From a virus (taxonomy: Duplodnaviria; Caudoviricetes), in IMG/VR virus record IMGVR_UViG_3300031998_000011, positions 64,001 through 128,000 of that record: a stretch of 64,000 bases of DNA, one strand, 5' to 3'. Of the stretch, positions 62,564-64,000 are shown piece after piece. The stretch's first letter is position 1. Every line of letters starts with the position of its first letter. A model generated the notes under the pieces. It did no database searches. It saw nothing but the letters and a program-made list of their open reading frames with translations, and had not been told where the DNA came from. Position numbers and translations under genes: made by a program.

Positions 62564-64000
62564 ATGCCATCTTATCTTGATTCCCCGCTGATGCGTGGCG
62601 GGCGGATGAATCCGTTCAGGACGTACAGCAACTACATCTACCCGAAGACTATCGACCAGGTTCTTATCTGGGCCGAATGGTTCTGGGAGCGAAACGCCAA
62701 ATATCGCACGTGCATCCAGAAGTGCATCTCGTATTTCGTGTCAGGAATCAATGTTGTGCAGATGGACAAGAAGGAAGCAGCCGACTCCCAGGCCGTCGAA
62801 TCCCTGCACGACATGCTGATCGACGACTACGACCTGCTGAATCTCATCAACACGGTCGGTGTGGAACTGGCCGCAATGGGGAACGTGTTCGTCTCATGCG
62901 AACGCCCGATCAGCCGCTGGCTGTTGTGTCCTGACTGTGACTGGATGATGGCGCTGAAACAGCTGACCAAGGGTGTCGAGTTCGATTGGGACGGCAAGCA
63001 GTTCATAGGTACCTGCCCGAAGTGCGGCCACAAGGTCGTCTACAACATCCACGATGATCCGACTACTGACGAGTATGGTCGTAAGGTCCGATTCATTTTC
63101 CGTGCGCCGCAGGACATGTTCGTCCAGTACAACCGCCTGACAGACTCCTTCCAGTACTTCTACAAGATTCCGGACGACATCAAGAACGCCATCAAGCGCG
63201 GCGAGATGGCTTATCTGCTGAACACTCCGAAGGCGTTCCTGGATGCCGTGCATCAGGACGGCGTGGTCAAGTTCCCTGACGACATGTTCTTCGCGGCCAG
63301 AACCAGAACGCTGACCCCGCTGGATGAACGGTACAAGGGCTGGGGCGTTCCGCTGTTTATGACCAGTTTCGACAACTTCATCAGACTGCAGCATCTGGAC
63401 AAATTCAATGAGGCCGTCACGATGGACTACATCGCGCCGGTCCGTATCATCAGTCCGAGACCGCAGAACATCGCGGCATCTATGCATGATCAGAACCGTT
63501 TGCCCATCGGCGGCGGCCAGTTCATGTCGTTCATCCAGAACGGTATCAAGCGTGTCAAGGACAACCCTACGACCTGGCTGGTCAGCCCGACGCCTGTCGA
63601 GTATCAGCTGATCGGCGGTGAAGCCAAAGAGCTGACACCCGTGGATCTGATGGAATGGTACGTGACCCAGATTCTGTCCGACATGGGTATTCCGCAGGAG
63701 TTCCGCCAGACGACCTTCCAGGTGGTTGCGCCGTCCATGGGCATGCGTATGTTCGAGCGACAGTGGCGTCCGAATACGAAGCCGATGGATGCGTTCACAC
63801 GCTGGGCCGGCGAAAAGATCTGCGACTACGAAAAGATGGCGAATATGCGTGTCACGCTGGACATTACCAGCTTTGTCGAAGACGACATGAACAAGCAGAT
63901 GCTGTTCCAGCTGATGACCGGCGGCCAGATCTCCAAGACGAACGTTCTGAAGACACTCGGCGTGGACTTCGAGGAAGACCTCAAGATGCGCATCAACGAG
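62564..64000 (+). CDS. Probable portal protein with zinc-ribbon insertion; 3'-truncated
   Basis: Open frame of 479 codons to the window end (missing from ORF track); AGGAG RBS; portal-like GNVFV, GWGVP, ILSDMGIP, ISKTNVLKTLGVD; inserted CPDC...CPKC. Confidence 0.65.
   Translation, partial: MPSYLDSPLMRGGRMNPFRTYSNYIYPKTIDQVLIWAEWFWERNAKYRTCIQKCISYFVSGINVVQMDKKEAADSQAVESLHDMLIDDYDLLNLINTVGVELAAMGNVFVSCERPISRWLLCPDCDWMMALKQLTKGVEFDWDGKQFIGTCPKCGHKVVYNIHDDPTTDEYGRKVRFIFRAPQDMFVQYNRLTDSFQYFYKIPDDIKNAIKRGEMAYLLNTPKAFLDAVHQDGVVKFPDDMFFAARTRTLTPLDERYKGWGVPLFMTSFDNFIRLQHLDKFNEAVTMDYIAPVRIISPRPQNIAASMHDQNRLPIGGGQFMSFIQNGIKRVKDNPTTWLVSPTPVEYQLIGGEAKELTPVDLMEWYVTQILSDMGIPQEFRQTTFQVVAPSMGMRMFERQWRPNTKPMDAFTRWAGEKICDYEKMANMRVTLDITSFVEDDMNKQMLFQLMTGGQISKTNVLKTLGVDFEEDLKMRINE

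Larger units (their letters stand above)
1..64000. mobile_element. Segment of a large tailed-phage genome
   Basis: Dense co-oriented small ORFs with overlapping stops/starts; portal-like, fibre, RusA, ThyX, HNH and RtcB genes; no bacterial housekeeping operons and no integrase seen. Confidence 0.92.

Noticed and set aside
1-64000. CRISPR array
   Set aside because: No regularly spaced direct repeats with unique spacers; the 23-bp palindrome copies are kilobases apart
1-64000. Stop-codon reassignment (seen in some large phages)
   Set aside because: Conserved genes are intact in the standard code, and TAG, TGA and TAA all end ORFs at sensible junctions (TAG at 13740, 17417, 24456, 27069)

Overview
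This window looks like a 64-kb segment of a large dsDNA (jumbo-type) bacteriophage genome, probably lytic. Genes are densely packed and translationally coupled, almost all on the + strand, in the standard genetic code. Recognisable genes: a truncated ubiquitin-like (beta-grasp) protein, RusA resolvase, ThyX, a minus-strand sigma-70 factor, a patatin phospholipase, a NUMOD4-HNH endonuclease, two DUF2829/Tad2-like proteins, a tandem double GT8 glycosyltransferase, a 1564-aa beta-helical fibre, a PD-(D/E)xK nuclease, a LigD phosphoesterase fused to an ATP-dependent ligase, an HD hydrolase, RtcB, a MerR-like HTH protein and a 3'-truncated probable portal with a Zn-ribbon insertion. Much of the rest is expanded paralog families (small Zn ribbons, SH3/KOW-like proteins, 'SGG' beta-helix proteins, small membrane proteins). 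The most interesting signals are non-coding or sub-genic: (1) a 23-bp pseudo-palindrome ATTTTSAACTTSAAGTTSAAAAT at six dispersed sites, two inside genes; (2) a promoter class with a non-canonical -35 (CTTAAT-N17/18-CATAAT) alongside a phage sigma with a divergent region 4.2; (3) a second motif TAYNGTAAV upstream of other transcription units; (4) two candidate structured RNAs with anti-Shine-Dalgarno loops; (5) an N-terminal leader ending in KxA shared by two unrelated proteins. All calls come from motif recognition by eye; no database searches were run.
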